64,000 nucleotides of DNA from Veleropilina oligotropha (GCA_048128005.1 JBEUKZ010000084.1:248001-312000); one strand, 5' to 3'; counted from the stretch's first letter, positions 1-14,900 are shown. Program-made: numbers and translations. Notes: generated by a model from the letters alone, not told the origin.

Positions 1-46
1 GCCCCCCCTAACCGAGTTCAAAACCCCCTAGCCCCCCCCCAAAGAT

Positions 47-2290
47 CATGCTTAACCAACTTACTGGAATGTTTTGAAGATGTAACAACTGCAATCGACA
101 CGAGCAAACCAGTTGATATAATATATCTTGATTTTCAAAAGGCATTCGATAAAGTACCACATAAGACTATTACAAAAATTAAGTAATCATGGAATAAAAG
201 GCCCAATACTAAATTGGATACGTATGTGGCTAGAAAACAGACAAGTGTGGGAGCCACACATTATCCAATCGAGTTTGTCGTAATTGATGGAGTGGACATG
301 TTTAAGTTGATAAAAGGGAATAACTGCGCACGTACTTGGCGAAATTTTAGCAAAATTTAACATGACCCCTGTTTTATTTGCAACACAGTCACAAGATGCG
401 AACAATATCTGATATGCGAGGTTATGAAGATAATTGACGGAAACAAATATTTGTCGGAAAAGGGAAATTTTATGTCGAAAACGGGGGATAACTGTGCAAA
501 TACTCGGCGGAATAATCTGAAATTCAATAGCAACCTAGTATATGTCCCAATAAACCTGCATACCAAATTTGAATTCCCTAGCTGTTACGCTTTTCCTTAT
601 ATGATGTTCACGTCGCCCGAAAAGGAAAGTTTGTCGAAAAGGGGGGGATAACTGTGCCAATATTCGGCGGAATAATATGCAATTCAATAGCAACCTAGGT
701 TATGTCCCAATAAACCTGCATACCAAATTTGAATTCCCTAGCTGTTATGCTTTTCCTGATATCCTGTTCATGTCGTCCGAAACGGAAATATTGTCGAAAA
801 GGGGGGATAACTGTGCAAATATTTGGCAGAATAATCTGATATTCAATAGCAACCTAGTTTATGTCCCAATAAACCTGCATACCAAATTTGAATTCCCTAG
901 CTATTATGTTTTTTCTGATATCCTGTTCACGTCATCCAAAACGAAAATTTTGTCCAAAAGGGGGATAACTGTGGAAATATTTGGCGGAATACTCTGAAAT
1001 TCAATAGCAACCTATAGTTTATGTCTCAATAAACCTGCATACCAAATTTGAATTCCCTAGCTGGTACGGTTTTCCAGATATCCTGTTCACGTCGTCCGAA
1101 ACGGAACTTTTATGTCGAATAAGGGGGATAACTGTGCAAATATTTGGCTGAATAATCTGAAATTCAATAGCAACCTAGTTTATGTCCCAATAAACTTGCA
1201 TACCAAATTTGAATTCCCTAGCTGGTACAGTTTTCCTGATATCGTGTTCGTCGTCCATACGGACTGGCGGACGGACTACGTGACGACATAATCCCATCGT
1301 TTTTTCAAAACCGATGGGATAAAAACAGAGGGTTGTAAAAAATGGGATTAAGTCAAAGTGGGAGCCGGTATTAAGTGGAGTACCACAAGGTTCTGTTTTG
1401 GGCCCTTTGTTGTTTCTCATATATTTAAATGACATCGATGACGTCATTACATCTCTAGTAAAAAAGTTCGCTGACGATACCAAATTGTATAGAATTATCG
1501 AATCTGAAGAAGATGCAAACAAACTTCAAAGTGACTTAAATAATGTGGTAAAGTGGTCTGTCAGGATTGGCAAATGCTTTTCAACACCAGTAAATGTAAA
1601 GTAATGCATGTCGGTTATAACAACAACAGCTATAATTATGAAATGGCTTCGGAAACTTATGGGTAGACAAGACATCCAAACCATCTAATCAATGTGCAGA
1701 ATCAGCCAAAAAGGGAAATCAAATATTGGTAATGATAAAGAGAAACTTTAATTTTAAATTCAAAGCCATTATAACACGCCTTTACAAGCAAATGGTTAGG
1801 CCGCATTTAGAATATGCAGTACAAGCATGGTGTCCATATCTTGCAAAGGATATCAAAATTTTAGAGCAAGTCCAAAGAAGATCGAGCCACGAAATTGATA
1901 GGTGAGTTGAGGGAATTACCATACGAGGACAGACTAAGAGCATCAATCTCACAACATTATCTTTGATAAGGGGTGATATGATTCAGGTTTTTAAAATGTT
2001 TACAGGAAAAGACAACGTTGACAAGAGTTTCTTTTTTCAGATGAACCAAAGGCATACCAGGGCCGGCCGGGGCATCAATTCAAGATTTACAAAAAACGAT
2101 TCCGACTGGATGTTAGAAAACACTTTTTCTCAAATCGGGTTGTCGATGAATGGAATAATCTTCCAAATAATGTAGTGGAAGCGACGCCTGTAAATCAATT
2201 TAAAAATCGCATAGTTGAGCATTTCAAGAAACAGGGCTGCATGGTTATAGATGACAAGACAACTACAATGGGTTTTTATACGAGTGGTTT
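47..2290 (+). mobile_element. Decayed CR1/L2-type LINE reverse-transcriptase remnant, split by an insertion at ~241-1322
   Basis: 47-240 reads CLTNLLECFEDVT..VDIIYLDFQKAFDKVPH..WIRMWLENR. From ~1323 it resumes QRVV..SGVPQGSVLGPLLFLIYLNDI..KFADDTKLY..VRPHLEYAVQAWCPYL. It contains several frameshifts and stops. Confidence 0.88.
241..1322 (+). mobile_element. Helentron-associated (HINE-like) non-autonomous element with ~160-bp tandem core (~5 units)
   Basis: Starts ACAAG. Units are marked by GGGGGATAACTGTG at ~483, 645, 802, 960 and 1122. A GGAC microsatellite and a 3' hairpin ATCCCATCG..CGATGGGAT follow, then an A-run. It interrupts the LINE exactly at ENR/KQRV. Confidence 0.7.
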
Positions 2291-3661
2291 CTAAACCCAA
2301 ACAAATTCTAATTAAATCTATTTAAATGATAGGGTTGGTTACTTGAACAATACGCCTCCTAGAGTTAATAGCTCCATTAACAAGAAAACAATTGATGAAC
2401 ACAATTCGCTGGTCATCAGCTAGCCAGTCACAAAGATGTTGACAAGCATACAATGGAAGAGTCTACTCTCATATCAGGCCCTGGAAGATTTTTAAGGGGT
2501 GACAGCTTGCAATTTAGAATAGATTTTCATGGTGTATATAACAGATAATACAGCTGCCACCCCTCGACGTTATCTAACACAGAGTTTCTCTCTCTCTGAC
2601 GTTCGATGCTTTATGTTAGATAACCCTCGTTTATGCAGTATATTATCAATAACATATATTAACAGTACATGAATAGATCAGTCACTAAAATGTTTGTTGG
2701 CAGTACTTGCTAATGACTACATATAAATTATAATATATGATAAATAACAGTTTATCATATATCCGGGTCATTTTACATATCGCCAAAGTGTTTAATAAAA
2801 AAGGATAATACACATGTTACTTGTGGCTTTCTGTGTAATTTTGATTGGATAATTTAATCAATGGGACCGAACAGCCAATTGTAGAACGGGTCACAAAAGG
2901 TCATTGCCAGTATTTCAGGACTTCTTTCAATACTAAGATTTTTACTATGAACGTGGTTATTGCAGTGTTGCAGGAATAGTACTCGTATGTGCAACTAACG
3001 ATCAATATTTAGTAAATCTATGAGGTGCAGATATCCACGTAAGATCGTTTAACTCCCGATTATCATAGCATAAAAAATTCAATGTAGTAGTTTGCAATTT
3101 ACTTTCTATTATGCAGTCTGTTGGTGTACATTTCATTCACAGCAATTATAACAGCCATATTGCCGTCGATTCGATCTCATTTTAGATGGAAACTAACATA
3201 TTAACGTTGCAATTTTATAAAATTATTCTGAAAAAGTGTTTTATAATTGTTAACATATACAAAGCCAACAAATTTTTCCTGATTCTGATGCTTTATAATG
3301 TAAGTTGAAGAAATTTCGTCGTGAAGCAGACGACAAATAGTTTCAATGTCCACAACATTAACGAATTCGACATACAAGCTTCATGCGTGCTGCGCATTTA
3401 ATGTTCTTTGAATAGAGCTTGTTGGATTAGTATAATATTGATAAAGTGACATTAGTTATTTTCATAACAGCATTTGTTGCTCTTTATAGTATATAGAGTC
3501 GGTAAGAACAGGGATTATTTTTCACACCCATTGCTACATTTCCATCACGTCAACAATCACAAATTTCATCTTCCATTACTATGCCGCATAATTATGTTAG
3601 AACGCGTCAACAAAATTAAAAGCAACGTTGTACAGCTTGTTTCTTTATAAATTTAAGATAT

Positions 3662-3830
3662 ATGATAAATAGAATCTCACATTACTGATCATTTAACATC
3701 ACATTTATGAAACTCGTTATCTAATTTTCATATTTTCCTCGGTGAAACCTCTGAAAATATGAAAATTAGTTAACTCGTTTCATAAATGTGATATTAAATG
3801 ACCACTCATGTGAGATCCCCTCTATATCAT
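3662..3830. mobile_element. Short palindromic (foldback) MITE
   Basis: ATGATA..ATCTCACAT..CATTTATGAAAC..CTAATTTTCATATTTTC is mirrored by GAAAATATGAAAATTAG..GTTTCATAAATG..ATGTGAGAT..TATCAT. Confidence 0.65.
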
Positions 3831-4382
3831 ATAATATCAACATATGTATGGTTACTGGGCCAAGTAAATCAACTTATAACAGAAATATATTCGGCCTTAT
3901 GTTATATAATCCAGTTAGATAATTAGAGCAACATAGAATATGATAACATATAATAAGGTACTAGTTCAATTATATTTCAGTTAAACATTGACAAATATAC
4001 GCATAGGGTATCCAAAACTAGTACCCTATATATCTTTCAAAATATATTTATTACAAATACAATACAAGTATGTTATATGTAAATTCATGTAAAGTAAATA
4101 AAATATGAAACAAATCGGCAAAACAGCTAGATCCAATATAAATGAGAACATATATATAAATATAACATGTATATGTATATATTTATGCCCTCATATTACC
4201 CCACAGCTGATTTTTCCTCAAACTATCAAGATCTAATCACTTTGTAAATCTGAAATTATGCATATCTACAACATAAGACATAACACATGATCAAAATTAA
4301 CATGAATCATCAGAATGAATAAAAGTAAAATAATTTAATTCAATAATCAATGAGTATCCTTATAGTGATATTACTTACACAA

Positions 4383-5441
4383 AACAAGAAATTCCGCGGA
4401 ATTATATGTCTCGCCCATCCCCGCTTACTTTGAAAAGGGCCACATTTTCAGTTTGTAAAGTAAGAATTCAGAAGTACAACCTATGCAGTGCTGATCCTAA
4501 TATAGTTATTGTAAGACAAAGTTTCAGAGAAACAGAAATAAATACAAAATCTTATTATTATATGCTCGAGATTAAATATATTTAGCAGCATCTATGACAG
4601 ATTAGTATTCCCGACAATAGTCCAGGGATATAATGACTTGAACCTTGACCAGTTGAGGAGGGTGATATTATAGACACTGGATTCAGTCTGTTCTTGATAT
4701 GGCAATATACTGCCATCATAAGATACCCATGGAATAAACCAATGGGGAAGCCAGTTTTCAAAATCCATCTGATTTTGATAATCCCAGCTTCTCAGAGTGA
4801 CCATTAAGCTTAACAGCTTACTGTGCCTATCGGCAGTGAGCAAGACTTACAGATAAACATAGGTCCCTTTTATCATACAAACATAATACTTACGTAACGA
4901 AATCTGCTTCTTTCCTATCCTCAATATTTCAAGGCATAATGAAATTTTTCAGAATAACTGCTATAGTGTGTAGGCATAGCAAAAAAATCATGTAACTTCT
5001 TCATAATTTTGTTTTGGGGGGGAGGGGGTGAGCATGAGGGGGGTGAGGGGGTAAAATCGGAAGGATTAATATGTATGTGCGTCCGTCAGCTCATACACTT
5101 ATGAAGCATCTTATTCTATGGTCTAAGTTTAATTGATCTGGAACACATACATTTTGAGAAACAGAGCTAACTGCAAAAACTTAATGCAAAAACGTAACAC
5201 AGATTACTATGCTGACAAAGTCACAGTACATAAAATCTAGGTTATATATCAAGCATCCAAAGCATTCATTACACAACAGTGCCCATGAAGCATCCAAGTT
5301 ATGTTGATCTAGTACATATACATTTGGAGAAACAGAGCTAAATGCAAAACATTAACAATTGTTGACGATGCCGTCGCTGTCGCCGCTATCACCGCCAGAA
5401 AAGCAATACCTATATTCTCTTTCCCTATGGGCGAGACAAAA
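4383..5441 (+). mobile_element. HINE-like element
   Basis: AACAAG start; subterminal inverted repeat TGTCTCGCCCA (~4407) / TGGGCGAGACA (~5428); GCCGTCGCT-type microsatellite near the 3' end. Confidence 0.55.
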
Positions 5442-6200
5442 ACAAGGATGGCAATCTGTGTGTCGTGGACAGATAACTGCAGACCAGGCCAACCCATAAA
5501 AATCGTGTCATATATCAAAGGTTAACATTTGCATATTTCATACCTTAACAGGTTTGGTCCTGACAATCATCCAATAAAATGTTGTGAGCAATCATAATTT
5601 TAACCAAGATCTCCATCAACAAAGGATAAGACAAAGACCAAACAAGGGAGTTTGCAATAAAAATACATATTCTCAAAATTGAAATTAATATAATGTAATT
5701 AATATAATGTAATTAATATAACTGCCTTAGTTTGGAAGCAAAGTTGAATACAGAGATGAACAATTAAATGTTTCCAATAAAACAAAACAAATACCATTTT
5801 CAAAATATTTTAACTAAAATAAAACATTCATAACGAAAAATGGCACACAAATAACTCCGCTTCATTATATAAAATCCAATACTAAAGGTATCTAAGACTC
5901 CCTTAAATTAAAATGGCATATTAAAATATCGTTATCCATGCCAATACTGACATTCTCTGATATCACTGCATTAACTTGAGTTCGTCCTGGTGCCAAGTGG
6001 GTTAATGCATTGCTCCAAATTCACTCTTACAGGATTTAATCCTTGGAGACTTGGGGAGTTAACAGTCACAGTAGTCAGTAACAGGCAAGTGTGGGCAGAT
6101 TTATCAAAGAGTCGGGCTTTCCTCTCGCGATAATGGACAGGTCCTGGTGTGACCCTAAAGGATGTTAAAGAAGGCATTCCGCATTGATCAAATCAAATCC

Positions 6201-6882
6201 AACTAGAAATGTGTCCACCGGACACGAATACCCCCACTGGCAGCCTTTACCAACGAAGTACGAATGATGATAAGCAAGTGTATGAAGTATCAAGTCAATC
6301 CATGAGGGCAGGTGGAAGTTACAGCAGAATGGAGTTACTCGCACGCAAATACTGGTTCAAAGATCTATGTCATTTGACCTTGGGCATAGGGGCGACATGG
6401 GTGTGTCGCAGTAGTGAATTATGAATGATGATAAGCAAGTGTATGAAGTATCAAGTCAATCCATGAAGGCAGATGGAAGTTATATCAGAATGGAGTTACT
6501 CGCATGCAAATACTGGTTCGAAGAGCTATGTCATTTGACCTTGACCTTGAGCATAGGGGCGACATGGATGGGTCGCAGAAGAGAAGTATGAATGATGATA
6601 AGCAATTGTATGAAGTATCAAGTCAATACATGAAGGCAGATGGAAGTTATAGCAGAATGGAGTTACTCGCACGCAAATACTGGTTCGAAGAGCTACGTAT
6701 GTCATTTGACCTTGAACTTGGGCATAGGGCGAAATGGATGGGTTGCAGAAGCGAAGTATGAATGATGATAAGCAAGTGTATGAAGTATCAAGTCAATCCA
6801 TGAAGGCAAATGGAAGTTATAGCAGAATGGAGTTACTTGCACGCAATACTGGTTTTCGGGACAGACGGACAAGGGTAAATCT
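6201..6882 (+). mobile_element. HINE-like element with ~160-175-bp tandem core (4 units); same family as 62358-62911
   Basis: AACTAGAAATGTGTCCACCGGACACGAAT start; repeated GAATGATGATAAGCAAGTGTATGAAGTATCAAGTCAATCC; ends GGACAGACGGACAAGGGTAAATCT. Confidence 0.75.
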
Positions 6883-6961
6883 TAAAAGTTCCTTCTGTCA
6901 TTTAAATTATTCAAAGATTAAATAAAATTTAAAAAGAAAGCAAATATCGCAAATAATGTAT

Positions 6962-8388
6962 AACAAGAGCTGTCAGAAGGACAGCATGCTCGACTATCAA
7001 AAGCTGGATCGATGAATGGAAATAATTTGGTAAAAATGAAGCTAGAGTTATGGCCCTTGTATTGCAAGTTCGCATAATGATGTGACAAGCGTATGAAGTT
7101 TCAAGGCTGTAGTGTGAACACTTTGTGAGAAAAGGCCCTTCATGCAAAATGTTAACCTGAAGTTGACTTTTTGAGAAAAGGCCCTTCATGCAAAACATTA
7201 ACCTGAATTGTCTAAGTCGAAAAAGGGGAATAATTTGGTAAAATAACGAAGCCAGATTTATTACGCCTGTAATGTAAGGTCGCATAATGACGTTGAACAA
7301 GTGTATGAAGTTTGAAAGGTGTAGTGTGAAAAAATTGTGAGAAAAGACCCTTCATGCAAAACATTAACCTGACTTGTCTAAGTCGAACAAGAGCTGTCAG
7401 AAGGACAGCATGCTCGACTATCAAAAGCTGGATCGATGAATGGAAATAATTTGGTAAAAATGAAGCTAGAGTTATGGCCCTTGTATTGCAAGTTCGCATA
7501 ATGATGTGACAAACGTATGACGTTTCAAGGCTGTAGTGTGAACACTTTGTGAGAAAAGGCCCTTCATGCAAAATGTTAATCTGAAGTTGACTTTGTGAGA
7601 AAAGGCCCTTCATGCAAAACATTAACCTGAATTGTCTAAGTCGAAAAAGGGGAATAATTTGGTAAAATAACGAAGCCAGATTTACTACGCCTGTAATGTA
7701 AGGTCACATAATGACGTTGAACAAGTGTATGAAGTTTGAAAGGTGTAGTGTGAAAAATTTGTGAGAAAAGACCCTTCATGCAAAACATTAACCTGAATTG
7801 TCTAAGTCGAAAAAGGGGAATAATTTGGTAAAATAACGAAGCCAGATTTATTACGCCTGTAATGTAAGGTCGCATAATGACGTTGAACAAGTGTATGAAG
7901 TTTGAAAGGTGTAGTGTGAAAAAATTGTGAGAAAAGACCCTTCATGCAAAACATTAACCTGACTTGTCTAAGTCGAAAAAGGGGAATAATTTGGTAAAAT
8001 AACGAAGCCAGATTTATTACGCCTGTAATGTAAGGTCGCATAATGACGTTGAACAAGTGTATGAAGTTTGAAAGGTGTAGTGTGAAAAATTTGTGAGAAA
8101 AGACCCTTCATGCAAAACATTAACCTGAATTGTCTAAGTCGAAAAAAGGGAATAATTTGGTAAAACAACGAAGCCAGAGTTATTACGCCTAATATGTAAG
8201 GTCGCATAATGACATTGAACAAGTGTATGAAGTTTGAAAGTTGTAGTTTGAAAAATTTGTGAGAAAAGACCCTTCATGCAAAATGTTAACCTGAAGTTTG
8301 ACGCCAACGCCGACGCCGACGCCAACGCCGACGCCGACGACAGGGTGACTGCAATAGCTCGTACTATTTTAAAATAGTCGAGCTAAAA
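6962..8388 (+). mobile_element. HINE-like element with 166-bp satellite core and an internally duplicated 5' end (second start ~7386)
   Basis: AACAAGAGCTGTCAG..GCTCGACTAT at 6962 and 7386; 166-bp periodicity (repeat ORFs at 7636, 7802, 7968); (GACGCC)n microsatellite; terminal ATAGTCGAGC inverted repeat followed by an A-run. Confidence 0.8.
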
Positions 8389-8868
8389 ACCGGTCTATTT
8401 AAAACATAATAAATAACTGTTATTGCTTGGAAGCAAAGATGAACACAGATTTGGTAATAAATAATATTAGCATTAACAAATGAACTATATAAAATAAATA
8501 AACAAACATTGACAAAATGAGCATATGACGAATAATGACTAGAAACACGAAATATACATTTTAAATTCAATGTAAGTTCACTAAATTGCGATTATTTTCA
8601 TTTCATAATCATTATCCATTTGCTTGCAGATTTACTTTGCAGGAAAATATCTGTGGAGTTATGGAATATCTATTAACCAATGAGAAGTCTTGAAATAAAG
8701 CAAAGGGGTAATAAAGCATTGTATTTTTGGATTTTGCATCAAATGATTTGAAAAGACTAGTAATCAATTTTTACACAATCACCATGTTAAAAATGGCCTT
8801 GAGAATCAATACATCCCACAAACCATATACACTCAATGTATTAATATATTAAACTTCGGTTTCATAGT

Positions 8869-8994
8869 TTATATATCGAGATCATCTTCCTCAAGGAGTT
8901 TTCGTCTGTGAAATAATCTCAACTGATTCCGCCATTGACGAAAACCAATCACAGCAGACGCTCCGTAAACGAACATACAGATGTAACCGAGAAC
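8869..8994 (-). CDS. MARVEL gene exon 4 (TM4 and C-tail, stop)
   Basis: tttgttttccAG|VLGYICMFVYGASAVIGFRQWRNQLRLFHRRKLLEEDDLDI*. Confidence 0.85.
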   Translation of the reverse strand, partial: VLGYICMFVYGASAVIGFRQWRNQLRLFHRRKLLEEDDLDI

Positions 8995-11900
8995 CTGGAA
9001 AACAAATTAAGATAAGATGAATTCATGTTTAGCGACGAACATACCAACAATTTTTCTGTCAATACTGGATACAGTTAGATATAGAGCTTGCAAGTGACTT
9101 TTTTACACTGTCATCAGAAAAGACGCTGAATAGTTACAAACTAGGAAAAGACAAAAATTAGAACAATGTTGTGACAGGCCATAATATCACTGACAGAGTA
9201 TTATAAGGCATGTATACAGCTGACAGTCACAGCAAGGCTTATGTATGCAAAAACTGCTTTTAACGACCAACATTCAATATCACTGCCAGATTAACAGGCA
9301 GCATCTAAACACATATATGCAATAATGTTAAGTGCTTTGAGCAACCCATATGCATTCATTGAACAACTCTAAGCACATTTTAATGTCCGAAAATATCAAT
9401 AAATTGCATTTAATTGTATTAAATTTTATTCAATGTCGCTGTCAGAGTCAGGTGACATCCATATAACCACTATCAAAGCATTTTATATGTCAATAAGTCC
9501 CTTGAGCTAGCCATATACATTCAACGAAACGCTTTAACCATATTGTTGACGCCGGATACTGTACACCAGATGGTACATAAATATTATCCTTACACCATCT
9601 GCAGACATAAAAATAATGTCAATCAATATTCAAACTCATGATATTACAACATAATATCTGAGAGCGACATTTTCCAAATTGATATATTGTCTGACAATAT
9701 TTCAGTTTGAAAATGGCCCTCTTGATTAACGCCATTGCATAACGAAATCTTAATTTAACAATATCAATATCCGAGTCACTAATATCACGAAATAATATCA
9801 CGATATTTAGTAGCTCACGCTTATTAAATAGTAATTTGTATGCTAATATTAATCGCAATTGACTGCATACATCTGTTATGCATGAATGAAAATTATATGA
9901 ATACATCCTTGAATTTGTCTGATAAGCTCAATCGATATGCGAATAATGCTAATAATCCCATCCGCCGGCATTAAATCTATTGTCGATGATGTTCATTGCA
10001 CTTCCGCATCATAATGGCTTCATAGTGGTCAACAGATAATAAATCTGCCGTAGCCTCCCTCCGTGAGATATTGCTCCTGGACCATATAATTACAAATCCA
10101 CTGAAGCAGGAGGTCATATCATATCCAGCTCAATTTGCTGGTCAGGGTGTATCGATCCTCATTAATAAGAAATGAGCAGTTTTATGTGAAATGCACAAGT
10201 GAATAACGGGTTGGCTGCATATGACCATTGACAGGAATCTCATACGTGTGGTGGTTCAATATCACATGCATGAAATCCTCACTTGCATTTTTGGTTCTAG
10301 TGAGGACACATATTTATCCGACAGAATTTTATTCTTCATTTTCTAATGAACACGTAAAAATAAGAGTCAACTGAAAATTTCAAGAAGGTTTGGCCATCTT
10401 ATGTCCACTCTCTCCCAATAATGGACATAACTCTGATAAATCTGTCCCTAGCTAATGGAAAACATTTATTATTCCCACAATAAATTCACATCCTCATGTC
10501 CTACTGTTCATTATACCAAGATTGGCAACTGCATAAAGGGCAATGTAAAATAAACTTCGTAAAATAGGAACTCTTTATAACATTATATGACCATGAAATA
10601 TTAAACATTTAAATATACCAATATAATATCCGACACATTCCACCTCTCAGATCTGAGTATGGGATCAGCATGGCATAATGCAGCCTTACCACACACAGAA
10701 CAAGTTGCTTCATTGTCTGTTCAGACACCTCCGATCCCATCTTCTGAAAGAAGTCGAATGCGCTAGCTACGAGTGACGCTCCCACAAGGTACATGAAGGA
10801 GAACAGAGAATATAGAACTAAGTCCTGCAACAAAAAGATGCACAATGACGTATTACTGATAATCCAAAATTGCAAATTTTAAAATTGGGCCGTCAAAACT
10901 TCATACTTACCCTGATAAATGTTATATGTAATGCGATTTTGATTTTGATGAACAAATGATTACAAAACACTTGCTGATTAAATATGGGAAAGTTTATTCA
11001 AGGAAAACTTCTTCTATATTTCCTAAATTGACTGATGTTAATGAATAAAATCAGCTGAGGATGGAATTACTTTAAGACCATTACATTATGGAAAAAACAA
11101 GAAAAAAATTTCATTGCAAAATTTCTTTATGTTTGATTCTGCACATCAGAAATCAATTAATATATGCCCAAAACAATACAAAGAAATATCATATACATAT
11201 GCGGACAAGAACTTACCAACAGATACCAGTTGATCTGGAACATGCTGACGATTCCGATGGTCCAAGATATCCACAGAGAGAAGCTGGAGAGGAAGGATAG
11301 GACCAGGACGAATACCATGAAGCGGAAATGCCAGCTCAGCGGCAAGAGGAGGTAACCCCCCTCCCGCTGCCCGGTCGTGGTCAGGCAGAGGAGCGAGATG
11401 GCCGGCAGGATCTGAAACAGAGGGAGACATCAAGCATCACGCACAGGAGATACATCAGACATCGGCACAGCCCGGCTGTGATGAGGGAGATGGCCGGCAA
11501 GATCTGAAACAGAGGGGAGACATCACGCACAGGAGATACATCAGACATCGGCACAGCCCGGCCGTGGTGAGGCAGTGGAGAGAGATGGCCTCCACGATCT
11601 GAAACAGAGGGAGACATGAAACATCACGCACCAGAGATACACCAGGCAGCCGCACAGCCCGGCCGTGGTCAGGCAGAGGAGGCCAGCAGAATCTGAAACA
11701 GAGGGGAGACATCAAACATCACGCACAGGAGATACATCAGACATCGGCACAGCCCAGCCGTGGTGAAGCAGAGCAGGGAGATGGCCGGCAGGATCTGAAA
11801 CAGAGAGAAGCTGTGAGACATCACGCACCAGAGATACACCAGGCGGCCGCACAGCCCGGCCGTGGTCAGGCAGAATCTGAAACAGAGGGGAGACATCAAA

Positions 11901-14900
11901 CATCACGCACAGGAGATACATCAGACATCGGCACAGCCCAGCCGTGATGAGGCAGAGGAGGGAGATGGCCGGCAGGATCTGAAACAGAGGGAACCGTGAG
12001 ACATCGGCACAGCCCAGCCGTGATGAGGCAGGGCAGGGAGATGGTCGACAGCATCTGAAACAGAGGGGAGACATCAGACATCGGCACAGCCTGACCATGG
12101 TCAGACAGGGCAGGGAGATGGCTGGGATGATCTGAAACAGAGAGGTCGTGAGACATCGGCACCGCCCGGCCGTGAGACATCATACATCGGCACAGCTGGG
12201 AGGATCTAAAACAGAGGGCAGCTAATGACACATAGTCATTTCCTTAAGCTTTACATTAAAGTGCCTGTAGACAGACAGAGTCTGTCACTCTGATTAGGCA
12301 CAACTGTCAGTAGTGCGACTTGGATACAATGAGGCAGTATCATGCCATAAGAACTTTGCACCATAGATATTTTGATAGTGGGGCTGAACTTCCTGTATTT
12401 CGTTCGAACGAGGAGCATAGATACTGCAATGTCTATCAGAAAGTAAACGAAAATGTGAATGAACTAACCTTTTACAATTATAGTCTTTGACTTGTATGCA
12501 GAGATTTGATTTGGTCTGTATTGATGCATATATTCCTTGACCTTGATATGTGGACAATATGACTCCAAGAGCCCATCGTTCCATTGCTCCACTTAAGAGC
12601 ACAAACTATGGGATTAACTCGGGCCGCTAGTCACAACTGCGAGAAATATAATAATAACTTCAGATGGCAGCAAACTTGTTAGCATGGACAAGTCCCTGTT
12701 TCATATATAGCGATCTCGATATGACAGAGTCCTATTTCATGTATTTTAAGCAGTAATACAATGGTATTTACAATAGATTTTCTTGTCATGTGTGTCAGAT
12801 AATAAACTGATACCTCTCTTGCGATATACACCACATACCGAGTGTTATGCGTATGACTGCTCATGCCACAGTGCATTATATAATACATTTTAGCACCATT
12901 CAGGTTTATATTAGGAATGAATTGGGAGGCCACACATTCTAATAACTAAAATACTCTGATCAATACATACATGGAAACAAATGTGACTTGAAAGCTTTTA
13001 AGTCTAGATTCCTAGAACAAGACAGATGTCTACAACAATTAGTTTCGGATGGCTACAAATCACTTCATTCTGGCGGCTACGATTGCCATTTGACCAGGAT
13101 AATTCACGTGATCAATATCAATGCCAACATTAGTTCAAACCCTTGAAGCCATCTCATGGATAAATAATCATTACACAGCATAAATCTTATCTCCTCATCA
13201 GCATGTCGCCAGCCCACCATAACATTGATTATTGGTGTAAATATTTGACATGGAGTTTCACTCATAACAGTAAGAGCAATCAATGACCATCCAAGCGTAT
13301 TAGAAAGTCAATACACCATACAGTGAATTCGATTCAGACAGCTATCAAACCCTAAGATAGAAATTTAAAGTACATCAAACACAAGACAATCGACAAGCAA
13401 TTATTTAAAGATGGATCAACAGCCATTTTTGTGGTCTTCTTTTAGATGTGCCCTTATATTTCTGACAGCTACCCAACATTATATTGTAAATGAAGACAGA
13501 GATTGTAAAAATTTACTTAATTGCTATCATCTTATTTATTAGTTAATGTCATGGCGTCATTGCCGACAGCATTTACTTGTGCTCTGATTGGTGGGTTGCT
13601 TTAAGGCTTCTTGTGCCATTTGACATTCTGCTGGTCTTCATGAGACATGGCGTGCTTGTCATTGTGGGTGGAAATCCTGGATTATCAGGGGAAATGAACG
13701 CATCATGCCCTTTTATGAGCCGCTTTGAATGTTAGCATAATTAATGTCTTTGATCGGTCTTAAACCTACAATTCCAAAATCAGCGAAATCATTTGGAGTG
13801 AATTAGGTGTAAGTCTTAAAATAACCCATTTGAACACTTGGGTAGCCTATTTATTCAAAATAATAATTAAATTGCCCTCATTAGGCGTATTCGAATGGGA
13901 CTTTTCCGTTGAGTACAATTAAGCTCCGCCCACCTGCGCAGTAGGAAAATAATGCTCCACGAAACCACGCCATTCGAATAAAAATTTGACAATATCAAAG
14001 TTTCTGGTCACGTGCAGGTGGGCGTCACAGTGGAAAATGGCGCCCCTCGCTAAAGTTCAAGGGTGCCGATATATTCATTGAAAAATCACAAACACTAAAT
14101 CAAATGGAAGTGGCTATCGGCACGACGGTCATGCGAACAAGCAATCCTCATCAGCACGACGGACTATTACTCTAACGACTACGATTACTTAGTGGGTTAA
14201 TTAACGTAACACATACTTATATTAATGACAACTATATATGAAATAAATATGAAGCCATGAGTGTCAGGTTTCAGTGATAACTGTTCACTGTAGTATACAA
14301 ATGTAGTAGTAGGTTCATTAAGAATAAGCGGGTACACTTTTATGCCTTCATACATACATATTAAATACACAAGCAGATATGGTAACATATTCAGTAGACC
14401 AAATATATAATAATAGTAAGCATATTTAAACAAAAGAAAGGGAGTACTGGTATGGTACAAATATTTGTATATGTGGTATTTCATTTGTCAACCTAGCCAG
14501 GTATATAAATCATATTTATAAAGTTTATAATAATTTTAATATCTCATTATTTGCTGCATTTAAATATTTTCACACTCTTCTAGCATAATTAACAGTATGA
14601 AACACCTCCTGCATAAAGCGGTGCGAGAAATTTAAATCCTTGACAAAATAGCGTGCATGATTACGGCGCTTCAATCAATATAGACTTGTTAAAAATTGGT
14701 GAAATTTTTTGTAGATACTAATTTGCATATTCAAAATATCAAGTTGTAAACAAAATAGGTGTGGGTTTCATTAAAAGTATCATAATTGATCATTTTTATT
14801 GTTTCATATCGAAAGTACTATAACAACGTCAATCGACCCTACATAATATTATGCTGCATCAACTATAATATACATCGATAATGTAAATAATATAAGTTAT

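Noticed and set aside
4592..4843. 83-aa minus-strand ORF as an extra exon or gene
   Set aside because: Lies within a HINE-like element downstream of the MARVEL stop; no homology or splice support.
424..8325. Repeated short ORFs (NSNLVYVPINLHTKFEFP, MNDDKQVYEVSSQSM, MFNVIMRPYITG)
   Set aside because: Translations of satellite cores in non-autonomous elements; frames are not conserved between units.
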